NCBI GenBank assembly: GCA_965214095.1
Contig: OZ243938.1
Span: forward strand, 1,760,001-1,824,000
DNA: 64,000 nt
Direction: 5' to 3'
Source: Candidatus Poribacteria bacterium
Lineage (GTDB): Bacteria; Poribacteria; WGA-4E; WGA-3G
The position numbers and the translations under genes were made by a program. Below the pieces are notes generated by a model. It saw only the letters and a program-made list of their open reading frames with translations. It did not search any database and had not been told where the DNA came from. This document shows, one piece after another, positions 1-10,800 of the stretch. How positions within the stretch are numbered: the first letter of the stretch is position 1; the number at the start of each line of letters is the position of its first letter.

Positions 1-2251
1 TGCAGGAGCATCGTTTGAACGTTCCACTTTTGACATTAGAGATGGTGTATCTGTATCAGGCATAACAAGCGTGACAATCCCGTGGCACGACCCGGATAGA
101 GAAAGTGATATAGAAATCACGCTTGAACTTGAATTTGCTGGCACGGATTTTGATACCGATGCCACGCTTACCTTCACCGTGGAAGCAAGTGCTATCGCAG
201 GATACAATGGAAACGCGCTCACTGCAACACTACCTGTCACTGCCATTGAGGAATCCCTGACCGCATCAACAGAGGCACCCTTAACAGAGGCAAACTTGGA
301 CGGCAGCATCGTCACACTTACACTCAGCGGTGGCACGTACGAGCAGTGGATCAGCAGCTCTGCTGTGACATTCTCCGGCATTGAGGGTGTTACTTTTGAC
401 AGATGGGATGTTGAGCGTATCAGCGACACGGAGGTGACAATTGAACTTGAATTTGCTGGCACGGATTTTGATACCGATGCCACGCTTACCTTCACCGTGG
501 GAGCAAGTGCTATCGCAGGATACAATGGAAACGCGCTCACTGCAACACTACCTGTCACTGCCATTGAGGAATCCCTGACCGCATCAACAGAGGCACCCTT
601 AACAGAGGCAAACTTGGACGGCAGCATCGTCACACTTACACTCAGCGGTGGCACGTACGAGCAGTGGATCAGCAGCTCTGCTGTGACATTCTCCGGCATT
701 GAGGGTGTCACAGTTAGGCGTTTCTCCCGTCCTGATCGCGTCAGCGATACCGAAATGACAATTGAACTGAGATTCTCTGGCAACATAGATATAGATACAA
801 ATCTTGTCTTTACAGTAGGAGCAAAGGCAATAAAAGAATACAATGGAGATCCTCTCATTGCGACACTACCTGTCACTGCCATTGAGGAATCCCTGACCGC
901 ATCAACGGAGGCACCCTTGACAGAGGCAACGCTGGACGGCAGCATTGTCACACTTACACTCAGCGGGAGGCGGTTTGTTGATAGCGAATGGCAAATCGGA
1001 CACGCAATATCAGTCTCCGGTATAGACGGTGCCACTTTTGTACGGTGGTATGTGGACCGTATAAGCGACACAGAAGTGATAGTTCCGCTTAATTTTGATG
1101 GCACTGACTTTGATACCGATGCAACGCTGACCTTTACCGTCGGAGCAGACGCAATCACAGGTTACAATAAGGATATCACTGCCGAAGTCCCCATCACTGC
1201 GATTCAGCAATCGAACGCCAGTGTGAGTATTTCGCCCGCATCGATTATATCTCCTGATGTCGGAAAGCCTCTCACACTCAATCTCAACATTGCAGGCGGA
1301 GAAAATGTCGTAGGCTATCAGGCAACTATATCCTTTAGAGCTACCGCGATCAATTATATGAGAAGTACCAACGGCAACTATCTACCAGCAGACGCGTTCT
1401 TTATGCCCCCGGTTGTCAATATAGGACGTTGGGAAGGAAGTGTGACACTTGCCGCGAGCACATTCGCAGAGCCAAGTAATGGTGACGGCACACTTGCCAC
1501 TCTCACGTTTGTGGTTGAAGACTTTAAAGCCTCTACGTTGACGCTATCCGATGTCTACCTTGTAGATACAGAGGGGAAACGTTGGGAAGTTACAACAGAA
1601 AGTGCGGAAGTGACGATACCGCCAGAACCCGAAAATGCAATCTTGGGTGATATCAACCGTGATGGTGTGGTCAACATCCAAGATTTAGTTATTGTTAACG
1701 TCCGTTTCGGTCAGACAGGCATAAATAGTGCGGATATCAACGGTGATTATATCGTCAACATCATTGATCTCGTCTTGGTTGCTGGGGCATTCGGAAACGG
1801 GGTTGCTGCCCCCGCTCTGTCCCCGCAATCTTTAGAGATGCTTACCGCAGCAGACATCCAACGGTGGCTCTCCCAAGCACAGCAATTACAACTTACAGAC
1901 TCAATGTCGCTAAGAGGTATTCTCTTTTTACAACAACTCCTTGCAGCGTTGATTCCCGAAGAAAGTGCGCTTTTACCGAACTATCCGAATCCGTTCAATC
2001 CAGAGACGTGGATACCGTATCGGCTGTCCAAACCTGCGGATGTTACACTCACTATCTACGCAGTAGACGGGCAAATTGTCCGGCGATTGGCACTCGGACA
2101 TCAACCTGCGGGCATCTATCAAAGCCGTTCCCGGGCAGCGCATTGGGATGGTAAAAACGCATTCGGTGAATCTGTGGCGAGTGGAATCTATTTCTATACG
2201 CTTACTGCAGGTGATTTTTCTGCAACACGCAGAATGTTAATAATGAAGTAA
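1..2251 (+). CDS. 5'-partial secreted modular surface protein: >=4 'TEATL' ~105-aa repeats + cohesin-like + dockerin + FlgD-Ig/T9SS-A-like C-terminal domain
   Basis: Frame is open from nt 2 (AGASFERSTFDIRDG...), so the gene starts before the window. Repeats LTASTEAPLTEAxLDGSIVTLTLSG; cohesin-like segment ending GDGTLATLTF; paired EF-hand-like dockerin GDINRDGVVNIQDL/ADINGDYIVNIIDL; tail NYPNPFNPETWIPY...SGIYFY...RRMLIMK. Confidence 0.85.
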   Translation, partial: AGASFERSTFDIRDGVSVSGITSVTIPWHDPDRESDIEITLELEFAGTDFDTDATLTFTVEASAIAGYNGNALTATLPVTAIEESLTASTEAPLTEANLDGSIVTLTLSGGTYEQWISSSAVTFSGIEGVTFDRWDVERISDTEVTIELEFAGTDFDTDATLTFTVGASAIAGYNGNALTATLPVTAIEESLTASTEAPLTEANLDGSIVTLTLSGGTYEQWISSSAVTFSGIEGVTVRRFSRPDRVSDTEMTIELRFSGNIDIDTNLVFTVGAKAIKEYNGDPLIATLPVTAIEESLTASTEAPLTEATLDGSIVTLTLSGRRFVDSEWQIGHAISVSGIDGATFVRWYVDRISDTEVIVPLNFDGTDFDTDATLTFTVGADAITGYNKDITAEVPITAIQQSNASVSISPASIISPDVGKPLTLNLNIAGGENVVGYQATISFRATAINYMRSTNGNYLPADAFFMPPVVNIGRWEGSVTLAASTFAEPSNGDGTLATLTFVVEDFKASTLTLSDVYLVDTEGKRWEVTTESAEVTIPPEPENAILGDINRDGVVNIQDLVIVNVRFGQTGINSADINGDYIVNIIDLVLVAGAFGNGVAAPALSPQSLEMLTAADIQRWLSQAQQLQLTDSMSLRGILFLQQLLAALIPEESALLPNYPNPFNPETWIPYRLSKPADVTLTIYAVDGQIVRRLALGHQPAGIYQSRSRAAHWDGKNAFGESVASGIYFYTLTAGDFSATRRMLIMK

Positions 2252-2287
2252 TGTACTTGTAGTTGCGCAATTAATAAGGAGTATTTT

Positions 2288-5200
2288 ATGAACACACGGG
2301 GTTCTAAAGCAAAAGGTATTGTATTCATTCTGGTCACAATTTTGATGGTTACCTTTGGAACACAAAGCATCAGTTACGGACAGGAAGCAAACCCAACCAT
2401 CACAGTTTCTGTTGAAGCACCACTGACAGAAGCAACACTACATGAAAGCGTCATCACACTCACTCTCAGCGGCGGACGGTTTACCGATAGGGAATGGGAT
2501 ATTAGGGATGCATTGACGATATCTGGTATTGAAGGTATCACGATTGTCAGGTGGCCTTTTTTAAATCGCGTGAGTGCCACGGAGGTGACCGTTCCATTGA
2601 TATTTGATGGCAACATAGACACCGATGCCACCCTTACTGTCACCGTGGGGGCAGGCGCAATCGTAGATTACAATGGAAACGCGCTTACTGCAACACTACC
2701 TGTCACAGCCGTTGAGGAATCGCTGGAGGCATCAACGGAGGCACCCTTGACAGAGGCAACACTGCACGGAAGTACAATCACACTCACACTCACCGGGAGA
2801 CGGTTTGTTGATGAATGGTATATCGACGACGCTTTGTCACTCTCCGGTATTGAAGGAGTTACTGTTAGTAGTAGTTACCCCGGTGTGGAGCGTGTCAGCG
2901 ACACGGTGGCGACCGTTTATCTTGCATTCTCCGGCAACATAGACACCGATGCCACCCTCACCCTCACTGTCGGTCCGGATGCCATAGTAGGCGGATACGA
3001 TAAAGCCTTTACTTTTCAATTCCCTGTCACAGCAGTTGAGGAATCGCTGGAGGCATCAACGGAAGCACCTTTGACAGAGGCAATGCTGAATGGAGGCATC
3101 AACGTAGCCCTCTCTCTCACCGGACGGCGGTTTACCGATAGGGAATGGGGTATTGAACGCGCGTTGTCTGTCTCTGGCATTGAGGGTGTTACTGTTGGAC
3201 AGAGATTTAGGGATGTGGAGCGTGTGAGCGACACGGAAGTGAAGGTTAGGTTGACCTTCTCTGGTAACATTGACGAGGATGCCACCCTCACCCTCACCGT
3301 CGGTGCCGAGGCCATCGCAGGCTACGATAAAGCCTTTACTTTTCAATTCCCTGTCACAGCAGTTGAGGAATCGCTGGAGGCATCAACGGAGGCACCCTTG
3401 ACAGAGGCAATGCTGAACGGAGGCATCATCACACTCAAACTCACCGGGAGGCGGTTTGTTGATGAATATTATATCAGACGCGCGTTGTCACTCTCCGGCA
3501 TTGAAGGTGTTACTCTTGCTGAGTACGATGCTGTCCAACGTGTGAACGGCACGGTAGCAATTATTGAGCTTGAATTTGCCGGCAACATTGACGAGGATGC
3601 CACTCTCACCCTCACCGTGGATGCCGATGCCATAGGCTATGATAAAGATTTTACCTTTCAACTCCCAGTCACAGCCGTTGAGGAATCACTGGAGACATCA
3701 ACGGAGGCACCCTTGACAGAGGCAATGCTGAACGGGGGCATCATCACACTCAAACTCACCGGGAGGCGGTTTGTTGATGAATATTATATCAGACGCGCGT
3801 TGTCACTCTCCGGCATTGAAGGTGTTACTCTTGCTGAGTACGATGCTGTCCAACGCGTGAGCGACACGGTAGCAATTATTGAGCTTGAATTTGTCGGCAA
3901 CATTGACGAGGATGCCACCCTCACCCTCACCGTCGGTCTGGAGGCCATGGGATACAATAAAGCCTTTACCTTTCAACTCCCAGTCACAGCCGTTGAGGAA
4001 TCACTGACCGCATCAACGGAGTTTCCCTTGACAGAAGCGACGCTGGATGGCAGTACTATCACCTTCTCACTCAGCGGACGGCGGTTTGCTGATAGAGAGT
4101 ATGACCAAGAAGATGATTTGTCAGTCTCCGGCATTGACGGAGTTAGAGTAGTCTATAGTGAGCGCGTGAGCGATACAGAGATAGCAGTTTGGCTCAGATT
4201 TGATAGCACTGACTTTGATACCGATGCTACGCTTACCTTTACTGTCGGGGCAAGTGTGGCAAACTATAATAAGCCGTTCACTGCTCAAGTTCCCGTTACC
4301 GCGATACAGAATACAAACGCCACTGTGAGCATATCTCCTTCACAAGTCATTTCTCCGAATATCGGAGAACCGCTCACACTCAATCTCAATATCATTGGTG
4401 GAAAAAACATTGCCGGCTATCAGGCAACCGTGTTGTTTGATGATTCTACCCTTGAATATATAGAAAGTGCCAACGGCGACTACCTACCAGTGGACGCGTT
4501 CTTTTTAACAAACTACTATAGTTGGAACGATGATGAGGTGACGCTGACCGCGAGCACACTCACTGAGGCGGCGAATGGTGATGGGACACTTGCCACCCTC
4601 ACATTTGAGGTCGTCGACTTTAAGCCATCCACGGTGACCCTATCCGAAGTTTATCTTGTAGATGCAAATGGAAAACGTTGGGAAGTTACGACGGAAAATG
4701 GGGCAGTGACAATACCACCAGAACCCGAGAATGCAATCTTGGGGGATCTCAACCGAGATGGCGTGGTCAACATCCAAGATTTGGTTATTGTCAGCGTCCA
4801 TTTCGGACAGAGGGGGCAAAACAGCGCGGATGTCAACGGTGATCATCTGGTAGATATTGTTGACCTTGTCCTCGTGGCAAGTGCAGTTAACGCAGCAGCT
4901 GCACCACCGTTGAATCCACAGGCTTTGAAATCGCTCACCGCAGGTGATGTTCAAAGTTGGCTTTCCCAAGCACGACAATTAACATTTACTGATCTTGCAT
5001 ACCTACGCGGAATTACCGTGCTGGAACAACTCCTAAAAACGTTGACACCGAAAAAGACCATACTATTGCCTAATTATCCCAATCCATTCAATCCGGAAAC
5101 ATGGATACCGTATCATTTATCCAACGATGTAGACGTGCAGATATCCATTTACAATACCAAAGGTGTGTTAGTACGTCAATTGGATTTAGGGCATCGGATG

Positions 5201-5344
5201 GCTGGCTACTATATAGATCGGACAAAAGCAGCATATTGGGATGGTAAAAACGAGTTCGGTGAGCAGGTGGCAAGCGGCGTGTATTTCTACCACTTGTCCG
5301 CCGGAAAATATTCCGCTACGCGGAAAATGTTAATTCTGAAGTAA
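2288..5344 (+). CDS. secreted protein: signal peptide + 6 'TEATL' repeats + cohesin-like + dockerin + T9SS-A-like CTD
   Basis: RBS AAGGAG before ATG, hydrophobic N-terminus, six ~105-aa repeats, same C-terminal cassette as the previous gene. Confidence 0.88.
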   Translation: MNTRGSKAKGIVFILVTILMVTFGTQSISYGQEANPTITVSVEAPLTEATLHESVITLTLSGGRFTDREWDIRDALTISGIEGITIVRWPFLNRVSATEVTVPLIFDGNIDTDATLTVTVGAGAIVDYNGNALTATLPVTAVEESLEASTEAPLTEATLHGSTITLTLTGRRFVDEWYIDDALSLSGIEGVTVSSSYPGVERVSDTVATVYLAFSGNIDTDATLTLTVGPDAIVGGYDKAFTFQFPVTAVEESLEASTEAPLTEAMLNGGINVALSLTGRRFTDREWGIERALSVSGIEGVTVGQRFRDVERVSDTEVKVRLTFSGNIDEDATLTLTVGAEAIAGYDKAFTFQFPVTAVEESLEASTEAPLTEAMLNGGIITLKLTGRRFVDEYYIRRALSLSGIEGVTLAEYDAVQRVNGTVAIIELEFAGNIDEDATLTLTVDADAIGYDKDFTFQLPVTAVEESLETSTEAPLTEAMLNGGIITLKLTGRRFVDEYYIRRALSLSGIEGVTLAEYDAVQRVSDTVAIIELEFVGNIDEDATLTLTVGLEAMGYNKAFTFQLPVTAVEESLTASTEFPLTEATLDGSTITFSLSGRRFADREYDQEDDLSVSGIDGVRVVYSERVSDTEIAVWLRFDSTDFDTDATLTFTVGASVANYNKPFTAQVPVTAIQNTNATVSISPSQVISPNIGEPLTLNLNIIGGKNIAGYQATVLFDDSTLEYIESANGDYLPVDAFFLTNYYSWNDDEVTLTASTLTEAANGDGTLATLTFEVVDFKPSTVTLSEVYLVDANGKRWEVTTENGAVTIPPEPENAILGDLNRDGVVNIQDLVIVSVHFGQRGQNSADVNGDHLVDIVDLVLVASAVNAAAAPPLNPQALKSLTAGDVQSWLSQARQLTFTDLAYLRGITVLEQLLKTLTPKKTILLPNYPNPFNPETWIPYHLSNDVDVQISIYNTKGVLVRQLDLGHRMAGYYIDRTKAAYWDGKNEFGEQVASGVYFYHLSAGKYSATRKMLILK

Positions 5345-5364
5345 TTCAAAGGAGACTGAACCTT

Positions 5365-7785
5365 ATGAAAAGAAGAACCTTTTCCATTTTAATCACACTT
5401 ATTTTTTTAACCATCGGTTTACAAACCATTCCCGCGCAAGTCATCTTTGAACATGGTGATAGTGTTCTTTCAGTGGCGTTTTCGCCGGTGGACAATACAC
5501 TGCTTGCTTCAGGATCATCAGATGGCACGGTCAAACTATGGAATGTAGAGACCCAAACAGAAATCGCGACACTTGAGGGACATACCGCTTGGATAATGTC
5601 TATCGCTTTTTCACCCAACGGCATGTTGCTTGCTTCCGGGGCACCAGATGGGACGGTGAAACTATGGGATGTGAATACGCACACAAATATCACTACACTT
5701 GAATGGCATGCAAAGGCGGTTTCTTCAGTAGCGTTTTCACCAGATGGCACAACCCTCGCCGCCGGGGCATCAGATGGGACTATCAAGTTATGGGATGTAG
5801 AGACGCATCAAAATACCGCTACATTTGGCGGTTACGATGATGCTACCGTGGATGCTCTAGTTGCCATAGAGAATCAGAGAAATTGGTGGACACCTGTGTC
5901 GTTTTTGTCCAATACAACTCTCGCCGCTGGGTCAGGGGATAGGATCAAGTTGTGGGATATTACGACTGAAGAAAATATCAAGACCTTTGAGGTGCCTGGA
6001 GACCTTGTCATTTCTATGTCGTGTTCGCCGGATGGCACAACCCTCGCCGCCGGAACAATTAATAATCTCATCAGGTTATGGGATGTTGCGACCGGTACAA
6101 ATACTACCACCTTTCCATCAGTAGCAGCGCGTCGTGTATGGTTTCCACTTCCGCCTTTTACTATATCGTTTTCACCCGATGGAGCACAGCTTGCATTTAC
6201 GTCTAACGGTGTGAGACTGTGGAACATTGAAACTGGCACAGAGACGAATTTCCTGATAGGGCACAGGGATTTTATCCGATCTGTATCCTTTTCACCTGAT
6301 GGATCAATACTTGCATCCGGGGCACAGGATGGCACAGTGGGGTTATCGGACCCGTCGTCCGTTGAGACAGGACTTGTCGCATCAACAACGTCTCCATTGA
6401 CAGAAACAACCCTTTATCGAAACTTCGTTACACTCACACTCAACGGTCATCAGTTTGTTGAGAGTGAATCGGATATCGAAGACGCAATTTACGTAATTTG
6501 GGGCTTCGATTTTGACGGTGTTGCTTTTAGACCGAGGGTTGTGTATCGCATTAGTGACACGGAAGTGGCAATTCAACTTGCATTAGATGTCGCCGACTTT
6601 GACACCGATGCAAGGTTTACCATCATCGTGGACGGCGACGCAATAGTAAGTCCCGGTCCTGATTTCATTGTCCCTGGCTTCTCTGTACAAGTTCCTGTCC
6701 GTGCGACACCGGAATCGAACGCTACCGTGAGCATTACCCCGTCGACGGTTGTCCCCCCTGCTGTCGGAGAGGCGTTAACATTCAGTCTCAATATTGCAGG
6801 CGGAGAAAACGTCGTGGGCTATCAAGCAACCGTATTATTTGATCCAACCGCGCTCGACTATGTGAGAAGTGACAATAGCGACTACCTATTAGCGGACACG
6901 TTCATTGCGAATCCAGTTGTCGATTACTACTGGATAGAAGAAACGTACTTTGATGAAGGACGTCCGGAAGGCAGTGTGACACTTGCCGCAAACACACTCG
7001 CTGGTGCAGCAAACGGGGACGGTACACTTGCTACCCTCACATTCAAAGGTGTTGACTTTAAAGCATCCACGGTGACTTTAGGCCAATTCTATCTCGTAGA
7101 TACGGCAGGAAAACTTTGGGAAGCTACTATTGAAAATGCTGAGATAATTTTGCCACCAGAACCTGCAAAAAAAATCTTGGGGGATCTCAACCGCGATGGT
7201 GTCGTGAACATTCAAGATTTGGCAATCGTTGGTGCCCATCTCGGTCGGAGAGGACACAACAGTGCGGATATTAACGGTGATGGTCTCGTGGATATCGTTG
7301 ATCTTGTCCTCGTGGCAAACGAAATCGGTGCAAATGCAGCTGCACCATCGTTGAATCCACAGATATTGGAACAACTCACCGCCGCGGATGTCAAAAGGTG
7401 GTTAAATCAGGCACGGCAACTATCGCTTACGGATCCGGCATACCTACGCGGTATTACCGTGTTGGAACAACTCCTTATGGCACTAACTCCCAAAGAGACA
7501 GTGCTATTACCAAACTACCCGAATCCGTTCAACCCAGAGACGTGGATACCGTATCACTTGGCGAAGGATGCGGATGTCACACTGCATATCTATGCTGTGA
7601 ACGGCACATTGGTACGGACGTTGACGCTTGGACATCAACCTGCGGGGATGTATCAGAACCGCAGTCGTGCGGCGTATTGGGATGGCAGAAACGAAACGGG
7701 TGAATCTGTGGCAAGTGGTGTGTATTTCTATACATTCACCGCAGGCGATTTCATTGCTACGCGCAAGATGTTGATACGGAAATAA
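5365..7785 (+). CDS. secreted WD40 beta-propeller + one 'TEATL' repeat + cohesin-like + dockerin + T9SS-A-like CTD
   Basis: RBS AAGGAG; ~7 WD40 repeats (GH...SVAFSPDG..LASG..DGTVKLWD); shared C-terminal cassette. Confidence 0.9.
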   Translation: MKRRTFSILITLIFLTIGLQTIPAQVIFEHGDSVLSVAFSPVDNTLLASGSSDGTVKLWNVETQTEIATLEGHTAWIMSIAFSPNGMLLASGAPDGTVKLWDVNTHTNITTLEWHAKAVSSVAFSPDGTTLAAGASDGTIKLWDVETHQNTATFGGYDDATVDALVAIENQRNWWTPVSFLSNTTLAAGSGDRIKLWDITTEENIKTFEVPGDLVISMSCSPDGTTLAAGTINNLIRLWDVATGTNTTTFPSVAARRVWFPLPPFTISFSPDGAQLAFTSNGVRLWNIETGTETNFLIGHRDFIRSVSFSPDGSILASGAQDGTVGLSDPSSVETGLVASTTSPLTETTLYRNFVTLTLNGHQFVESESDIEDAIYVIWGFDFDGVAFRPRVVYRISDTEVAIQLALDVADFDTDARFTIIVDGDAIVSPGPDFIVPGFSVQVPVRATPESNATVSITPSTVVPPAVGEALTFSLNIAGGENVVGYQATVLFDPTALDYVRSDNSDYLLADTFIANPVVDYYWIEETYFDEGRPEGSVTLAANTLAGAANGDGTLATLTFKGVDFKASTVTLGQFYLVDTAGKLWEATIENAEIILPPEPAKKILGDLNRDGVVNIQDLAIVGAHLGRRGHNSADINGDGLVDIVDLVLVANEIGANAAAPSLNPQILEQLTAADVKRWLNQARQLSLTDPAYLRGITVLEQLLMALTPKETVLLPNYPNPFNPETWIPYHLAKDADVTLHIYAVNGTLVRTLTLGHQPAGMYQNRSRAAYWDGRNETGESVASGVYFYTFTAGDFIATRKMLIRK

Positions 7786-7803
7786 ACCTTATCAACTAAA
7801 CAC

Positions 7804-7829
7804 GGAAGGGTGGAAGATAACACCCTTCC
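7804..7829 (+). terminator. stem-loop downstream of CTD gene (near-identical copy at 15981-16008)
   Basis: GGAAGGGTG-gaagataa-CACCCTTCC 9-bp stem; no strong U-tract, so it may be an mRNA stabiliser instead. Confidence 0.5.
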
Positions 7830-7879
7830 CTTCAATAATCTGACTGCACATAGCGATAGAAATTAATCAAAAGGAGATT

Positions 7880-10800
7880 ATGATGAAAACGGTATTCGGA
7901 AAACAAAAAAATCTTATTTCTATTTTAGTGACCTGTTTGATAATGTTAATGCTGCACGTCACGAGTTTTGATGCGGCACCCGCTGCAGGTGGTATCTGTC
8001 AAGTTGGGGATACTATTGCCCCTGGTGAGAGTTGCACTTACCCCGACACCACTACGGAGTTTTCTGTCAACGCAAGCGGAACTGGACAATTCTTATTCTT
8101 GAGTGCTGCCAATAACCTCAACCTTGAAGACACAACAATTAATGGTGTGACCTATACGTTTGTTGCTAAGAAACTCGCCAGTGGCTCATGGAAAATAGAA
8201 CAGATCGGGACAGATCCTGGAACAACGAACACTGCGCCTGTATTTACTGATGGCACCAGCACGACGCGTTCTGTAGCAGAAAACACTGCAGCGAATACAA
8301 ATATCGGCACGGCTATCGCTGCCACAGATGCGGATAACGATACGCTCACCTATACCCTCGGTGGCACGGATGCGGCATCGTTTGGCATTGTCAGCACATC
8401 TGGACAACTGCAAACAAAAGCAGCCTTAGATTATGAAACCAAAACATCTTATTCCGTAACAATCACCGTTTCTGATGGGAATAGCGGCAGCGATAGTATT
8501 ACCGTCACCATCAACGTCACAGATGTGAATGAAACGATCATCATATCGAGTCGGTTTGTGCCAGTTGCTGATCGCACCCTGGAGGTGCGCGATGCTATCG
8601 TTGCAGCGGTACCCAACGTGACAGATGCTGCGAAAGTTACCAAAGCACAAGTTGCCGCTATCACAAGCCTCAATTTACGAAATGCGGGCATTATCGCACT
8701 AAAAGCAGGCGATTTCTCGGGTATGACCGCGCTCACCTCACTCAATCTATACAACAATCAACTGAGTAGCTTGCCGAATAGGATTTTTGAAGGGCTAACA
8801 TCGCTAACAACAGTGCGATTAGGCAGAAACGCTGTTGATCCGTTACCGTTTATCGTATCGTTGGAAAAAGTTGCTGATGGTGAGTTCAAAGCGGTAGCCC
8901 CTGCGGTTGCGCTGTTCAACATCGTCCTACCGATTACTGTAACAAATGGAAGTGTCACAGGTGGTGCGACCACGGTCACCATTCCGCGCGGTAGTATGGT
9001 GAGTGACACACTTGCGGTCACCCGTACCGCTGGCACAACAGCACATGTCACCGTGGATATTGAGGCATTCCCCAATCTGCCGCACAATCATTACGGGTAT
9101 ACACTTGCCAAATCTGGTAACCTACCACTGATTATCATCCGTGGCACCAATACGGCACCCGTGTTTACGAATGGCACCAGCACGACGCGTTCTGTAGCAG
9201 AAAATACCGCATCCAACACGAATATCGGTTCTCCTGTATCAGCAACAGATGCTGACCGCGATACCCTCACATATCGCCTCGGTGGCATAGATGCATCCAC
9301 GTTCAACATCGTCAGCACATCTGGGCAACTGCAAACAAAAGCAGCCTTAGACTATGAGACCAAGATATCCTATTCTGTTACCGTCTCTGTCTTTGATGGC
9401 AACGGTGGCAGTAATAGTATCGCTGTGAGGATCAATGTCACCGATGTCCGAGAGAACAGCGCGCCTGTGTTCACGGAAGGCAGCACTGCTACCCGTTCTG
9501 TAGCAGAGAATACCGCAGCGGGACAACACATCGGCACGGCGGTGGCTGCCACGGATGCAGATGGCAACACCTTAGCATATACACTCGGTGGCACAGATGC
9601 TGCCTCATTTGGTATTGACAGAACCACTGGACACCTCAAAACCAAAGCCTCGCTTGACTATGAAACCAAAACCACCTATACCGTGACTATCACCGTTTCC
9701 GATGGAACACTGACAGATACGATCACTGTTACCATTAACGTTACCGATATAACTGAGAACCGCGCGCCTGTGTTCACGGAAAGCAGCACTGCTACCCGTT
9801 CTGTAGCAGAGAATACCGCAGCGGGACAACACATCGGCACGGCGGTGGCTGCCACGGATGCAGATGGCAACACCTTAGCATATACACTCGGTGGCACAGA
9901 TGCTGCCTCATTTGGTATTGACAGAACCACTGGACACCTCAAAACCAAAGCCTCGCTTGACTATGAAACCAAAACCACCTATACCGTGACTATCACCGTT
10001 TCCGATGGAACACTGACAGATACGATCACTGTTACCATTAACGTTACCGATGTTGATGAATCGCTTGATACACCGAGTGAAAGCAGTTATGACCATATAG
10101 AAGGTCCTTGGCTCTGGATGATCGCCGCCGGTGGAAATATAAACACTGATAATCTCTCCGAAGCAAGCGATGGCGTGATTACGGAGGCGCAAATTGCACA
10201 AAACGGTGTTAATGAGGATGATCACTTTAACGAGCTGCAATGGACAAGTGGACGTTTACTTCCAACAACTGTTTGTGGGATTTTCTTATGTTCTTCAGAT
10301 AATGTCATCAACGTCGTCAGAAAGATCGGACTCACCAATAGTAATCAACTCAGTTATTACTCTGCTTATGCCTTTATTAACATTTACTCTCCACGCGATC
10401 AAAACAATGTTTTAATGGGTGTAGGGAGCGATGATTCTATCAAAGTGTGGCTGAATGGTTCAGTTGTTTACAAAAACGATATTTCAAGAAGGACAACAGG
10501 GATCCAAAACCGGTTCCGTGTAAATCTGAATGCCGGTAACAATCTACTGTTCGTTAAAGTTTGCAATCATGGTCTTCCGGGTTTCAATGATGATTGGGGC
10601 ATGTTTTTTAAGATCTACCTTGACACGCAGGATTACACCATATCTCTTCCAATGAAGGATATTGAAAATACTGCCCCGGTGTTTACCGAAGGGAGCAGCA
10701 CCGCCCGTTCTGTGGCAGAGAATACTGTCTCTGGGTTAGGCATCGGCACTGCAGTTTCCGCAACGGATGCTAACAATTACACACTCACCTATAGCCTCGG

